64,000 bases of DNA from Eledone cirrhosa (GCA_964016885.1 OZ024742.1:265980001-266044000), one strand, 5' to 3'. Shown: positions 1-14,334, numbered from the stretch's first letter. The notes: a model not told the origin generated them from the sequence alone. Translations and numbers: made by a program.

Positions 1-312
<312 letters not shown>

Positions 313-640
313 AGGTGAGGTGTCGGGGGGATGGTACGATGACAAAATGTGACACTGATCTTTTAACATGAACTGCTCAATATATATATATATATCCACC
401 CGAGTCGAGGTGTCGGGTGGATGGCACAATGACAAAATGTGACACTGATCTTTGACTTTCACTCAAACTGATCTCATATTGCAACATCTCTTTATCTTTG
501 CCTACGCATCAATCAATCTGTCGGTCAATCTATCTATTTATCCCTCTATTTGGCTATTTACCTATACGTTTATCTATTATCTCTCTGCTAACCTACCTAT
601 CTGTCTATCTGTCTACCTTTCTTTCCATTCTTCGTTCACC

Positions 641-679
<39 letters not shown>

Positions 680-820
680 AACGAGTAGGACCCCGACGGC
701 TGAGCTCAAGCCGTTTCGACGGCTAATTTTGGACTCGTTCCTATTACCCACTCTACTACCCTAAGTATTGAGTCCTTTGGTGCGTTATGGTCCACCTGGT
801 TCCTTACCACATTTCCTTCG

Positions 821-856
<36 letters not shown>

Positions 857-990
857 ATCTACCTACCTATTTGCTTATCTATCTAGTTAACTAGCTCTGT
901 TTGTGTATTTACCTATCTGTTTGTCTTTTTATTTTATATGTATAAACGCGCACATACACACATACGCACACGTGCATATACACCTATATA

Positions 991-1091
<101 letters not shown>

Positions 1092-2224
1092 TTTTATATT
1101 AGCAGAAGATCTCCTGGAGTTGCCCGGGTAATGAATATACAGAAACATTGTTTTTGTGAAACGTAAACGATTCAATAGCAACTTTTAGGTACACTTCTTT
1201 ATTTTTGTAAAGCATGTATACATTTGAAGATTTTCAGTCTTCTATTATGTGTGAAGCTTTTAAGAATGTGATAATTGTTAATTTTAATTTTATTGCATAA
1301 GAGAATTATATATTTATTTTGTGTTGTGTACGTTATCTTTTATGTCTACATTGATATGGCACACATAAAACAGAATCATTTCTATCAGAAATGATTATTA
1401 GTCAGCAAAAACCCTAGTTTAGACAGCATTTTGTTTTCTGTGGTTTGGTGTTCTGATGAAAAGATTGATGCTTACCCCAAAAAGTGAGCGTATAATATGG
1501 AATTAAATGTGTGAAACATGGACTCATCAGTTCAATTCCGGCAACCTTAACTGATTGTCTCTGTGACGTTTTGATGGTCATAGAAAATAACAGTATCACA
1601 GAAAAGTGGAGGCGCTTGAATTGAAATGGTATATTTGGTGGGATGAGAAGTCATGGAATGAAACCAAGCAGTTATAATGGTGACTTTGATTATATAGGAT
1701 AAAGGATTTTTGACAGCTAATCTTATACCATTACAGACTTCAGCTACATCTACATCCCGTAACAAGATTTTGATATGGATCACCAATAGGTTTAAAAGAA
1801 TTGAGAAAATCCTTTGAATAGTTGATATCATTAACCCCAGCTACTGTCCCAACTAATTTGTATTTCTGAATTTGTTTGTCAGAATTTGTTTGAAGGTGGT
1901 ATTAATACCATGTAATTTTAGGAAGCCAAGATAACACGCGTAGAAAGCCATTCATGGTTTTTGCGATTATGTGAGAGGTTAGGATAAAGTTTCAATAGCC
2001 TATTTTGTAATATTTTGATGATCGTGTTCAGACATCTATCTCGGTGTCAGCTATTAAAATACTATTACCAGTTGAGGAAAGTTGACCAGTTCACCTATCT
2101 TAAAAACAAGATCTCGAAACAAGGTCTCATTGAAAGTGACGCAAACACACGCATCGGTAAAGCTTAAGACGCCTTGAATAAGCTGATTACAATTTAGAAA
2201 TCGATGCTCCCCAAACAAATGAAA

Positions 2225-2600
2225 CACGAATTCTTCCAAGCGACATTGGAGTCAGTCCTGCAGTATGGGTTTACTACGTAGAACTCACTGAGCGACTCGA
2301 GAAGAAACATGATGGAACTTGTTCAAGAATGCTCATAGCGTATTTAAACATATCCTGGAAGGAGCACTTAAGAAAAAAAGTCGTGAGACACTGTTGGAGA
2401 GCAAAGGGTGAGATTGACAGCAATGCGTTTTTTATGGCTATTAAAACATGGGCATTCCAATCTAAGCAGACCTCACAGAACCTACATCAAACACCTTTGT
2501 GAGAATGCTGAGAAAAAATCTGGAGGACCAACCACGAGCAATGGAGAACCGAGATGGATGGAGAGGGATAGTCATGATGATGACCAGTTAACGTAAAATC
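2225..2600 (+). mobile_element. Decayed RTE-clade LINE 3' fragment
   Basis: Translates in pieces to FQATLESVLQYG, DGTCSRML and LWLLKHGHSNLSRPHRTYIKHL, resembling the RTE C-terminus at 63603-63848. Confidence 0.6.
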
Positions 2601-2875
2601 TTTGGAAGCTAAACTGCTCACATATTCTGTTAAGAGCAATTGTCATGCTAGTAGTCTAACCAAGTCGCTGAGAGAATATGCTTCACTTAGATCTAATTTT
2701 TCACCTTGTTGGCCTACAGACGAGGTCCACCCTCACCGCATTGTCTAAATTTGTTCGAAAGGATTTCGATCAGCTCACGCTCTAAACGTTCTCTCCCTTA
2801 TCTCTCATGATCTGAACACCCCTAAAGGACATTTCATTCTAAAACTTCCGTTGACTCTCAGTTGATGATTTTTCC

Positions 2876-2913
<38 letters not shown>

Positions 2914-2963
2914 ATGTGTGTATATCTGCGTGTGTGTGCATGTGTATGAGTGTATGTCTGTGT

Positions 2964-3001
<38 letters not shown>

Positions 3002-3229
3002 TGTGTGTGTGGGGGGGGGGGGTGTTTGTAACGAACATTTCGAGCGAGGGGGGGGGGGGAAATAAATTTCGAGTTAGATCTAAAGGGATATAACTTCTCA
3101 ATTATATTTGGAATATGTCGAAATCACTAATATGTTTCATTTTCTTTCAGATGTCAAATTTATCATTATTGAAGCTGTTGTGTTGGTGCCATGTTCACTC
3201 TGAGTAAAGAACACATTCGTCATGTTATT

Positions 3230-4233
3230 CTTTATGAATTTCAAAAATGTAATAGTACAAATGCCGCAGCCAAAATACTCCCAAACACTTACGGAGATGA
3301 CATAGTGACTGAAAGAAAATGCAGGAGGTGGTTTTAACGATTCAGAAATGGGCAATACAACCTGCAGGATGAATCAATAGAAGAGTGCCTAAGAAGGCTG
3401 GAATCTAATGCATTGGAAGTTGTTGTTGATGTAAACCTGGCCGTTACAGTTCGGGAACTAAGGACGGATTTCAATATGAGCCATACAACCAGTCATCGTG
3501 AATTGAAAAAGCTTGGTAAAGTGTCTAAGGTTGGCAATTGGGTTCCGTATGATTTCTCTGTAAACAATCGCAAACAACCTGTTGACTACTGTGAATCATT
3601 GTGTTCTCGTGAGCTGCAAATATTGAGTCATTACTGGAGATAGTAAATGGATAATTTAGCATAATGCCACACGAAGGCGTCATTGACTCAGGCGTGGGGA
3701 AAAGTCAGCTCAGCAGACCAAAAGTGCCCTGCATCCAAGGAAGATTCTTGCGAATGTGTGGTGGGATATGCGGAGAATAATTCATCATGAGCTGCTGGTC
3801 GATGATCAAACAATAACAGTATATAAAGTATATTGCCAATAGCTAAGACGTTTTAAAGTCGGTTTGCAACGAAATACCCATCATTAACAAACAGAAAAGG
3901 AGTCATCCTTCATCATGATAATGCTAGACCTCACACTCCACAAAATCCAAAGATCTAGAAAAATATCCCTGTGAAATTATGCCTCACCCACTATATTCCC
4001 ATCAGATTACTATTTCTTTAGAAGTTTGCAAAATCCTTTAAGTGGATTAAGAATATCTTCAAGAAAGGAAGTAAAAAATTAAAGAATTTGACGAACGTGA
4101 TATTAAAAAGCTTATTGACAGATGGAGAGAGGTTAAATGAATCAGATATTGTGGGGGGTTTTTATGTTGTCTTTTCATTTATTTTGCTTTATTGAACCTT
4201 AAAAACGGACAGAACTTTGGTTACAATCTGATA
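3230..4233 (+). mobile_element. Mariner-type DNA transposon relic (decayed transposase plus right TIR-like end)
   Basis: GNWVPY motif (ORF 3413-3643), HHDNARPH at ~3911, SDYYFFRSLQN at ~4000, and a mariner-like end aaaaacggacagaactttggttacaatctgaTA. Confidence 0.85.
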
Positions 4234-4240
4234 AATATAT

Positions 4241-4687
4241 ACTAGACCTGAAAAATGCGCAAGCTCAAAAGCGCCACAGAATGTTATAATAAAGCTTCAA
4301 AAGTGTGGGACTAGAGTTGTTGCTCAAAAATATTGTAATCATTATCTATCGTACACTCTGTGGCATTCTTTTATAAAAAAAGAGACTCATAACGAACTCA
4401 AGACGACACGATAATTATTTAAGCTAATGTTCAATATCTCATATTAGATGTTTAGTAATGATTAATACGAAATGTACTTAAACCGAATTCTATATTATAA
4501 ATTCACTTAAATAATTATCGTGTCGTCTTGAGTTCGTTATGAGTCTCTTTTTTATAAAAGGATGCCACAGAGTGTACGATAGATAATGATTACAATATTT
4601 TTGAGCAACAATTCTAGTCCCACACTTTTGAAGGTTTATTATAACATTCTGTGGCTCTTTTGAGCTTGCGCATTTTTCAGGTCTAGT
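4241..4687. repeat. Near-perfect long palindrome (~183 bp arms, ~82 bp spacer); MITE or fold-back end
   Basis: 4241-4423 is the reverse complement of 4506-4687 with only a few mismatches. Confidence 0.92.
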
Positions 4688-5444
4688 TTAATATTTTTTT
4701 AAGGCAACGCTTGTAATAACTCTAGTTAAACATGATATATATTAATAATAAATTATCGTTGTAATGTAATTAGATTATATAATTGTTATTTTATAAATGA
4801 TCTTATAAATATTATTGTAAGATGTATAAAAATATTTTCAGACTTTTAATATAAACAACTACAAAAAACAATTAATATTAAATAAATATATTTTACATAA
4901 TAATTGTTATAGTTGAATTAATAAAAATTTAATATTACATACAAATAGTCTAACATAATAATAAAAAAATAATCTAATATAATAATAATAAAATAATCTA
5001 ACATAAAACGAACAATAATATGGACAAATATACAAGTAAGTATGAAACAACCAATATTATAAGTATGTTATAACGAACTGAAAATAAAATAGTTAATATA
5101 GATTTAAAAAATCATATATAAATTAACAATATAACTTACCAAAACGAGAAAAATATTTTATGATAAACGACGAAATACAGGAGGAAGATTCGAAAGCGAA
5201 ACGATAAATAAACGTGCAAACAAAGTAGTGGATGCTTTTGAGCAACAATTACTCTCATTGGTTGATTAGTCAATAAGACGATGAAATTAGCCAATAAGAC
5301 GAAACATTACAAAAGATGTTTGGCAGGGATCACCACGGCCAACGAAACCCCTTGAGTTTTTTATTCACAAGCTACGCATATATGTCAGACACGCAGACTT
5401 AAAACATTCTGCTGTTAGTCACTGCGTGTCTAACAGATAAAAGG

Positions 5445-5553
5445 CTTGAGAAAGTGTCAAAGGTTGGAAATGAGGTTCCGCATGATTTTTCTGCAAACAG
5501 TCGCAAACCTGTTGACTGCTGTGCATCATTGCGTTCTCGTGAGCTGCAAATAT
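5445..5553 (+). mobile_element. Second short mariner transposase fragment
   Basis: Similar to 3511-3623 (aaagtgtc..aggttgg...gttctcgtgagctgcaaatat). Confidence 0.75.
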
Positions 5554-5754
5554 CTTTGTTCTGTCATTAGTTTATAAGACAGAATTATACACCACCAGTG
5601 CATCAATAGAAACCACAGAATTATCCATGGATTATTGCCAATTCGTGATGAAAACACAACAGACGTTGGGCAAAACACAAAGCAAAATAAAAAGAAATAA
5701 CCACATACCGACATGGGAGAGGAAAATTGCTACAATAGAAAGCAACACAATTAT

Positions 5755-5990
5755 ATAGTGGGTTCGATTCTTGGACTGGGATGTGTGTTGTGTCTTGAGC
5801 AAACCATTTCATTTCACATTGTTCCAGTTTACGCAATTGTAAATGAATACCAGCTATAGCTGGGATGGGGCGGGTTAATCCTGCGATGGACTGGCGTCCT
5901 GTCCAGAGGAAGTCTTGTACTCTCAGTCGCTTCACGCCACGAAACCGGGATAAGCACCGATCTGACGAGTCTCCTGGATTGAGATACAAT
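5755..5990 (+). mobile_element. 5'-truncated tRNA-derived SINE with CORE-like and V-like segments
   Basis: B-box ggttcgattc at 5761; tgtgttgtgtcttgagcaaac CORE-like segment; cctgcgatggactggcgtcctgtccag V-like segment. Confidence 0.65.
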
Positions 5991-6059
5991 TTAGACTAGA
6001 CATCCATTTGGACAAGTTAGATTAGCCTCTGAGTCGCATTCCTTTCCATTATATTATAA

Positions 6060-7500
6060 ATGGGGTGCTTTAGTTGCTTAATCATACATGAACAGACTCG
6101 AACGCTGAGTACCCAGCTTCTGCAACACCTATGCATTCTTCACTAGATGGGTGGATGGTATACTCATCCTCACATCCTCCAGTCAGAATGCCAATTGGAT
6201 ATTGGAGTCTTTCAACAACGCTGACGGAAACATCAGGTTCAGCGTAGTACATCCCTCCGACTCCGGGTCTTCCGCTTTGCTCGACTTCAGACTGAACATC
6301 ACCGAAAGCGGGAAATCAACCCCGATTTCTACCGCGAAGCGACCGACAGGGACCTTTTCGTCCATTACAAACCTGCTCTTTCCGAACAGCTCTTAAAAAG
6401 GGCACATTTCTCCCATACACAACAGACGCAGCGACACTACGAATAGAGCCACCCATATCAGATGGTTCCACAGAGTGTTAAATATCAATGGCTACCCAGC
6501 TTCCTTCTCCATCCTACACTGAAACCCTAGACCCAGAGTCCGGATCAACGCAAACAATAGTTGCTTCCTCAAGATCCGACATCTCAGCGAAGAGACTACC
6601 AAGGTTATACTCAAAGCCATCAGGAGAGAGGGCCTCAATATCAAGCTGGTTCACTCGGGACCTTCCCTGCGGAGATGCCTATCAACAAGACAACCCCCAG
6701 CGAAGATAACAGATGCACCCTACCCAATTTCCCTACCCGCAACACTGATTGTTGTCTGCGTGCCTACGTTGTGTACAAGTTGGAATGTGACAAGTGCAGC
6801 CAATTCTATATTGGCAACACTATTCGACCCTTACACCTCCGAAATAAAGAACACATTAACACCAACTCCTCTTCCTTCCAAAAACACATAATCAAATCCA
6901 GAAAGAGGGACAGTAAAATAACTACCGCTATCTTGGCTACCGAGCGCAGTATAGGCACGCTGAGAATCAAGGAAGCCCTCTTTATCAAGCAGCTAAATCC
7001 CCCCATTAATAATAAAATGGAAAGGAATGCGGCACAGTGGTTAATCTACTTGTTTAACCTAAATATACCATAGTACCTGCATCTCAGCTGTCCGGTCTAA
7101 CAAACGTTCATATCGCAGCCTAGTTAGGTGCGATTAATGCTAACAACAGATAAATTCCTTGTTGGCTTTGGCGGTCAGCTAGCAGGAAAAAATGTTGCAT
7201 ACCAACTACGCTTACACACCTTTACTCCTTTATCTCTTAAATATCCGTTTTTCACTACACATGCATACTTACACCCACGCATGTATATATCATACACATT
7301 CTCACTCGCATTCTTCCTACGCACATGTGCAAACTTTAACGGTTTTTCATTCAAAAATACATTTCTCAAGTTTCTCTCTGAGTACCCCCTTCGGATTCCC
7401 CTTGATAATGGATGGAAAATCCGAAAATATTTGTGATCATTAAAAATTGCTAACGTAACTTCCTATCATACTCACTCTTTTACTAAACTTTTACTATACT
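6060..7500 (+). mobile_element. Decayed Penelope-like element (RT C-terminus, GIY-YIG endonuclease, 3' pLTR)
   Basis: RWVDGILIL (degenerate RYVDD) and ALLDFRL; ORF 6561-7073 has VVYKLECDKCSQFYIGNT and IKEALFIKQLNPPINNK, typical PLE GIY-YIG motifs. Confidence 0.85.
7394..7438 (+). ncRNA. Degenerate minimal type-I hammerhead-like motif (U3-A8 core)
   Basis: cccc-TTGATAA-tggat ggaaa atcc-GAAA-atat-TT; palindromic stem III AATATT; stem I eroded; lies downstream of the GIY-YIG ORF on the same strand. Confidence 0.45.
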
Positions 7501-7519
7501 AGGGGCCCAGTCCTATCAT

Positions 7520-7622
7520 GGAAAGAAATGTGAAATGCAGCATCTCCCGTCATCCAGTGAAAGAATCGAAGCCACGAACTTGTGATCATGAGTCCAACAC
7601 TCTAGCCACTAGGCCATGCGCT
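7520..7622 (-). mobile_element. tRNA-derived SINE head fragment
   Basis: Minus strand reads tggcctagtggctagagtgttggactcatgatcacaagttcgtggcttcgattc (A and B boxes). Confidence 0.65.
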
Positions 7623-7641
7623 TTCACACACACATACACAC

Positions 7642-7737
<96 letters not shown>

Positions 7738-8396
7738 GTATGTATGTATATATACGTGTGTGAATATACTACATTCATACAAACATACCAAATACACAAG
7801 CTGACTCACTACAAGGAATAAATGTCCTGTGATAACGTTTGGCCAAAGAAAACTTAACACTGCCAGCACTACCAACACCACCACTATCTGTTTGCTATCA
7901 TTACAACCACCAATATCAACACTACCTTCAAGCAACAGCTGCACAACCACCAAACTACCACCATCTTAGTCCACCATACTGCCACACCACCAGTAGCTCT
8001 GGATAGCCATTGCATTCCATCTGACTTACTCAACATTTGGTTATGGAAGAAAAGAGATATATTTTATTTACCGGAAGTAAATTACAATTTTGGCGGCTGC
8101 CTGGGGGAGGAAGAAGAAAAGAAAAATATAAATAACAACAAATGCAACAACAATGACAAAACAACAACATCGACAATCAAGAAGAAAAATAATGACAAAA
8201 AAATTTAATGAAAACGAAAGCAAAATTCGAAGAGGTAAAGAGAGACTGTAGAGAAGGTATGAGAGGAGGGTGGGAAGTGGATGAGAAATATTTCGGAGAT
8301 AAAAGCGATGATGTGGAATTTATGGTGTAGTGGATCATGTATCAGACTGTGGAGGATAGCTTTCTGGAAACCACCAGTAGATTTTGTATCTACCTA

Positions 8397-8400
<4 letters not shown>

Positions 8401-8445
<45 letters not shown>

Positions 8446-8458
8446 GTATATATATGTA

Positions 8459-8508
<50 letters not shown>

Positions 8509-8714
8509 CATACATACATATCATATACTTATATACTTATATTTATTTACATACACACATATATATACATATCTATGCATGCGCACATGGTACATGAAAT
8601 ATATATAAATATTATAATATTATATATATATATATATATTATATTATATATATATATTATATTATATTATATATATATATTATATTATATATATATATAT
8701 GTATATATATATAT

Positions 8715-8793
<79 letters not shown>
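8401..8793. repeat. Degenerate (TA)n microsatellite block
   Basis: Direct reading. Confidence 0.95.
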
Positions 8794-8797
<4 letters not shown>

Positions 8798-9687
8798 GGT
8801 GTGTGTGTTGCGTAGGAGTATATGCGTGTATATGTGGGGGGGAAGGGCGTGATTTTTAAGGGTTGACAAGATGTTTCCTACATTTGTTCATAGAGTAGAT
8901 AAATTCTTCGAAGTACATCCGTATTTGTGTAACTATGTACACATTCACATAAACACTAACATATATTTGTTTGTGTATGTACATACATACATAAATGCAT
9001 ACATACATACATGCATCAATACATACATACATACATACATACATACATAGATAGAATTTTTGTTGTGCTATTTGCTGTATATCCGTATATTTCACTGACA
9101 AATACTCCAAGCTGAGGATACAGAACGGTTTCGAAACGTTATGTGAAGTGACTTTTACTTATTTAGAATATCTTATATTCTTTTCAATGCGGTATTCAAT
9201 TTTCTTGGCAATTTATATATATATGTGGGAGGGGGGGGGGCATATATATATACACATTTATGTGGAGCTATTAATTTAGATATGGCCTACTGCAATACTG
9301 ATATAATTCTATCAAACGTTAACAACATTATACATATATAAACAACGAACGAAAACAAGGCAAAACGAAAAACAATTTTTTAAGGGAAACCTTAAAAAAA
9401 ATCTTTTTTTAAATAAAAATACAAACGAAAGGCACATAACTCCAGGGTTATCGACCATTGAGATAGACTTTGGCAGTTTCGACCCCTACCGACGGTACGG
9501 CTGGTCCACCCAGGAGCACAGCGTCTGACACATCCCAAAACGCGGTCCAGTGGGGTAAGAAACGAGAGACAAAACATTAATTTATAGCAATTAAGCTACA
9601 AGTAAGCATATAATTTTATGTGACGTCAGGGAAAAATTGTGGTACTTATATATATCTATAGATATAGATATAGATATATGTGTGTGC

Positions 9688-9728
<41 letters not shown>

Positions 9729-9731
<3 letters not shown>

Positions 9732-9878
9732 AAGGCGGGTAAAATTCCCGAGATTCATGGACGTGTTCTCTCCAGTGGTCTCTGTCCCTCATTATCGCTG
9801 CCATGTCCTGCGTCTCCAACAGACCAGTGTCTGTCCTTAGGGCATCAACATACGTTAACCTTGGTCTTCCTCTTCTAG
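9729..9878 (-). mobile_element. RTE LINE extreme 3' end, same family as 63603-63848
   Basis: Near-identical to 63602-63750; flanked by (TA)n. Confidence 0.85.
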
Positions 9879-9882
9879 CCCC

Positions 9883-9998
<116 letters not shown>

Positions 9999-10008
9999 TG
10001 TGTGTGTG

Positions 10009-10042
<34 letters not shown>

Positions 10043-10069
10043 ATATTTAAGTATCGAGAGAGAAAAAAG

Positions 10070-11990
10070 GAGGAATAGGTGATACATGTAGTTATTTGCC
10101 AAATAGCGTATGCAGAGGGTGCTCAATACTAGTGCCGGCAGTGTTAAATATTAGAAGTGTTAATATCTAGTGGGCGAGAGAATTAGCAAAGCGTAAGCAC
10201 GTGTAGAAGTAAAATACAGGTGAACAGACCGTTAAAACTTGTTTATTTAAAATAGCACCCACTTACGTTTCGCCCGAATGGGCTTCTCAAGGGCATAATA
10301 ACTAAAAAGCGTTCCTTACATGACCCGGAATGGGTTTTTAGAGATAAGTTCACGTCAGAGTTCATTCTTCGTAAAAAACATGTTTTGATTTTGCAGTAGG
10401 TCAAGGGAGATAACTCTGGCCGGTGTTAGGGCAGTCTTTTCCGGACAAATGTTTTATCCGATACACGCATGTGGTTACTACCTTACCATTGCCGATACAC
10501 ACAGGGTCAGGTATGCAAACGTTTGTGCGAGACGTTTGTTTGCTGCGCCAGGCTCGCCTGGGTCGATTCATGCCGGGTCTGGGATGCATGGTTAGTTTCC
10601 GGATGTTTTTAGCAGCACCTGCCCGCCGGGGTGTTAAAGCTTGGTGCAGGGAGACTCGGTTTACGGTTTCACTCCTCGTTCTTATTCCATCTGAAGTAGG
10701 ATATTTTTAAGCGGTGTGTACAGCTTATCGTCGTTTCAGCTCTGCTGTTGATGAGCTCGTGTGGTGCCGTTATGATGTGGTAGAGCTCCATGAGGCAAAG
10801 CTCGCACTTCCTCTTGAAGTTGTACGGTGCAGCCCTGCCGACAATTTCCCAGTGTGTGGAGAAGCTGATGTTTAAGTCTTTTAATGCTGTGATGTAGTTC
10901 GCGAGTGAAGTGGAGTGTCTTAATTTCTTATTTGCGAAAGAGTGGAGATGTGTTCGAAATCTAATTTTGAACGGGCCAGAGGTAGCCCCTATATAATGTT
11001 TAACGCTATTATGGCTAGTTACGGTGCACCTATATATAACCCTATCAGTCAAGCAGTTTCCCCTAAGGGAGCAGCGTCCCTGTCGCGGCAGTTGCAATTT
11101 CGGTCGCTGTCCCTTCTAGCTCCCACGGTAAGGCTATTATTATTGCTATCTACGTTGTTACCTTCACTCCCACATCTGTCATTAGCACCATTATAACCCA
11201 CTGCGCGCGGGGTGGTACCATTATTAATCCGCACGCAGCAGCGTCTTCCGTTGCCGTCAGGTGACCCATGCTGATCACCTGCATATTCCCCAGTCATGTC
11301 GCGGTTATGTTGGTTGCGTCTGTAGAGGCTGCTGCCAGCGCTATTGGATGCTGCTAGGGATTCGTTAAGGCCGATATAGTTGTTGTCAGGTGTAGGTGCG
11401 TCTGTGCTAAGGTGCTGTGTCTTGGTGATCTTACTGTGATTTGTTGTTCCTATGATGTCTGCTAGATTAGGAGTAGTAGGGAAGGATATTTTTATATTGT
11501 TCCTATTAAGGATTTTCCGATACCTATGGTTGGGTGGGAAGTTCTTCTCTAAGGCTTCGAAGAATATCCGAGGTATGTCGGAGGCCACACTCCGAGAGTA
11601 GGGGGGATGGAACCATAGGACGTTACGGTGGCGATTACGTGTCTTAGTACGTTTGCTACGGGTAGTGCTATCAGGGTGACCGTTCTTATGTATGTTACTG
11701 CGCTGTAGCCCGTTACGTGTCCCTTTTGCTTTATGCTCGGGTGCACTCTTCTTCCTTCTGCTATGTTTATATATAGAAAGATGTTGGTTGGAAGGCGTTG
11801 GTAGTAGGCCGTCGCCTTTGTTGATTTTATAGTAGGGGAATAATTCAAGTAGGCTGCAGTGGTCACTGTCACCGGGGTCGTGATCTTTATTGTGTGGTAA
11901 GCTACCTATACTATCGCCAGTGTAATTAACATTGTGGCCGTGTTTCTTAGTGCAATTTCTATACTATTACATCCGACTCCTTCGAAGTCG
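10070..11990 (-). mobile_element. 5'-truncated Penelope-like element (Naiad-type GIY-YIG, linker and pLTR)
   Basis: Frameshifted ORFs 11049-11588 (FPPNHRYRKILNRNNIKISF, CNC) and 10669-11097 (CSLRGNC..VIYRCTV..YIGATSGPFKIR..H.HSF, CELCLME, CTH). Confidence 0.88.
10255..10296 (-). ncRNA. Hammerhead-like motif in pLTR (U3-A8 core, cleavage site degenerate)
   Basis: gccc-TTGAGAA-gccc attc gggc-GAAA-cgtaag-TG; perfect stem II; homologue at 36155-36193. Confidence 0.5.
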
Positions 11991-12018
11991 CCGCGTGATC
12001 GCTTATAGGTATGGCACA

Positions 12019-12798
12019 GGTCACTTGGCGGCAACAGAAGACGTTGCTGCGTGCGGATTAATAATGGTACTACCCCGCGCACAGTGGGTTATAATGGTGC
12101 TAATGACAGATGCGGGAGCGTAGGTAACAACGGAGATAGCAATAATAATAGCCTAACCGTGGGAGTTAGAAGAGACAGCGACCGAAATTGCAACTGTCGC
12201 GACAGGGGACGCTGCCTCCTTAGGGTTATATATAGGTGCACCGTAACTAGCCATAATAGCGTTAAACATTATATAGGGGCTACCTCTGGCCCGTTCAAAA
12301 TTAGATTTCGAACACATCTCCACTCTTTCGCAAATAAGAAATTAAGACACTCCACTTCGCTCGCGAACTACATCACAGCATTAAAAGACTTAAACATCAG
12401 CTTCTCCACACACTGGGAAATTGTCGGCAGGGCTGCACCGTACAACTTCAACGGCACCCCACGACCTCAACAACAGCAAAGCTGAAACGACGATAAGCTG
12501 TACACGCCGCTTAAAAATATCCTACTTCAGATGGAATAAGAACGAGGAGTGAAACCGTAAACCGAGTCTCCCTGCACCAAGCTTTAACACCCCGGCGAGC
12601 AGGCTCTGCTAAAAACATCCGGAAACTAACCATGCATCCCAGACCCGGCATGAATCGACCCAGGCGGGCAGGCGCAGCAAACAAACGTCTCGAAACAAAC
12701 GTTTGCATACCTGGCCCTGTGCGTATCGGCAATGGTAAGGTAGTAACCACATGCTTGTATCGGATAAAAAATTTGTCCGGAAAAGACTGCCCTAACAG
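12019..12798 (+). mobile_element. Inverted copy of the 3' part of the same Penelope-like element
   Basis: Reverse complement of ~10424-11266 with small deletions; ORF 12051-12485 repeats the GIY-YIG peptide. Confidence 0.92.
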
Positions 12799-14260
12799 GC
12801 AGATGAAATATATTTTAAAAAATTTAAAGAATTGGAAAATAAGGAGAAGTGCATTAGCACACAGAAGTGGCTGGAAGAAGGAAATAAAGAAAGGCGATGT
12901 ACAAGACACATCTTCACCCTGATTACCTCTCAAACCAGCAAAACATTTTCGCTCGATTTAATTGAGAATACTATATTAAAATGCTGAATCGTGCAACAGA
13001 AAAATAAATCTTTCTGTGGTATGATGTGTATGTGATACAACAAACAGCATAAATAGAAGGACGAAAGAAAACAAAGAAAATAATGGGATTGTGGACCTCA
13101 AGATGTGGTGTCTGTCCTAATTATAGCTATGATAAAGTTAAAATAACGTTGTCTCTGATGGAAACGAAACAAGAGTGTATTTGATTGAGTACATATGAAA
13201 AATGTACTGTTTGTTTTATCACACACACATCATACCAGCAGTACACTTCTTCTTGCCCTCCTCCTCTTTCAGTCTTTTCTATATTCCATCTGCCTGTCAC
13301 CCACCTTGTGAATTGTCTCTCTGTTGACCACAGACTGCTGATCTCTGTCCTCTGGGGCATTTTTACCCATCGCTGTCTTTGTGTGTAGGTAGCAGTCGGT
13401 CAAACCATAACGTATAATCTACAGATAAACATCACACCAGTGTGTATATATGGTTGTGTATAGAGTAATATATCGGTTAACACTCTAGATAAGTTCTTTA
13501 AAATGTAGCGCTGATGGTGGTCATTATAATATAGCCTAACTAAAGATACAATCTTGGTAGGCTATTGGTAACAATGGTGCGAATACAAATACAGATCAGC
13601 AAACTATCTAAAATTCCTTAAATACAATGTCACGCCTTCGAAGCACTTAATAATTTTAGATAACCGCACAGAATGTGATGTCCCAATTGTGAGCTACAGT
13701 TATGCAGCTATGCTAAAATTAATTCATTTAGGCGACAATTTTTGATATATTTTAATCCACGTTTATACGAGATCAACTTTGATATTATGTTGATTTTCAA
13801 CATTACAATTAGCATGGCACTGCACCTGGCTAATTATTTATATATATGTATGTGTGCTTGTGTGTGTGTGAGTGTGTATATGTATGTGTGTGTGAGTGTG
13901 TGTATGTATGTGCGTATGAGTGTGCATATGTGTGTGTGCGCGCGCGCGCGAAAGTCAACGAGTAAAAAGCACTAAGGAGAACGATACAGTACAATGATGA
14001 TATATTTTAGTTTAACGCTTGATATATTAGGAAAAGATTCTTGGCGTTTCGGACGTTAGTCCTCCACCAGAAGATAAAATAAAAGATAGAATAAATGAAA
14101 ACATAGACGTGAGTAAGAAGAGGAGGAAACGGAAGTTTTTTTTGTTTTTGTTTTTTGTTTTCTTTTTTTCGGAAGGAAAGCACGTGTGCGTTAGTTAGCC
14201 ATTCCACCACCCTTTATGTTAAACATAAATAATACAAAGTCAAACGCGAAATAAATCAGA

Positions 14261-14334
14261 AATAGAACAGCCTGCAGGAATTGAACCACGTATCTGTGGT
14301 ATACCAGACAACCATTACACTAAGACGTTCTATT
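14261..14334 (-). pseudogene. tRNA-like relic or isolated SINE head
   Basis: A-box tagtgtaatgg, B-box ggttcaattcc, ends closed by aatagaac/gttctatt; no credible anticodon arm. Confidence 0.4.

Noticed and set aside
316-455. ~50 bp direct duplication
   Set aside because: Real, but short and without further structure.
5940-5985. GAAAC...CTGACGA in the SINE tail
   Set aside because: I could not close the three stems of a permuted hammerhead.
9105-9150. CTGAGGA...GAAACGTTA hammerhead-like string
   Set aside because: Stems I and II do not pair convincingly; at most a relic.
14261-14334. Functional tRNA gene
   Set aside because: The D and anticodon arms are not intact.
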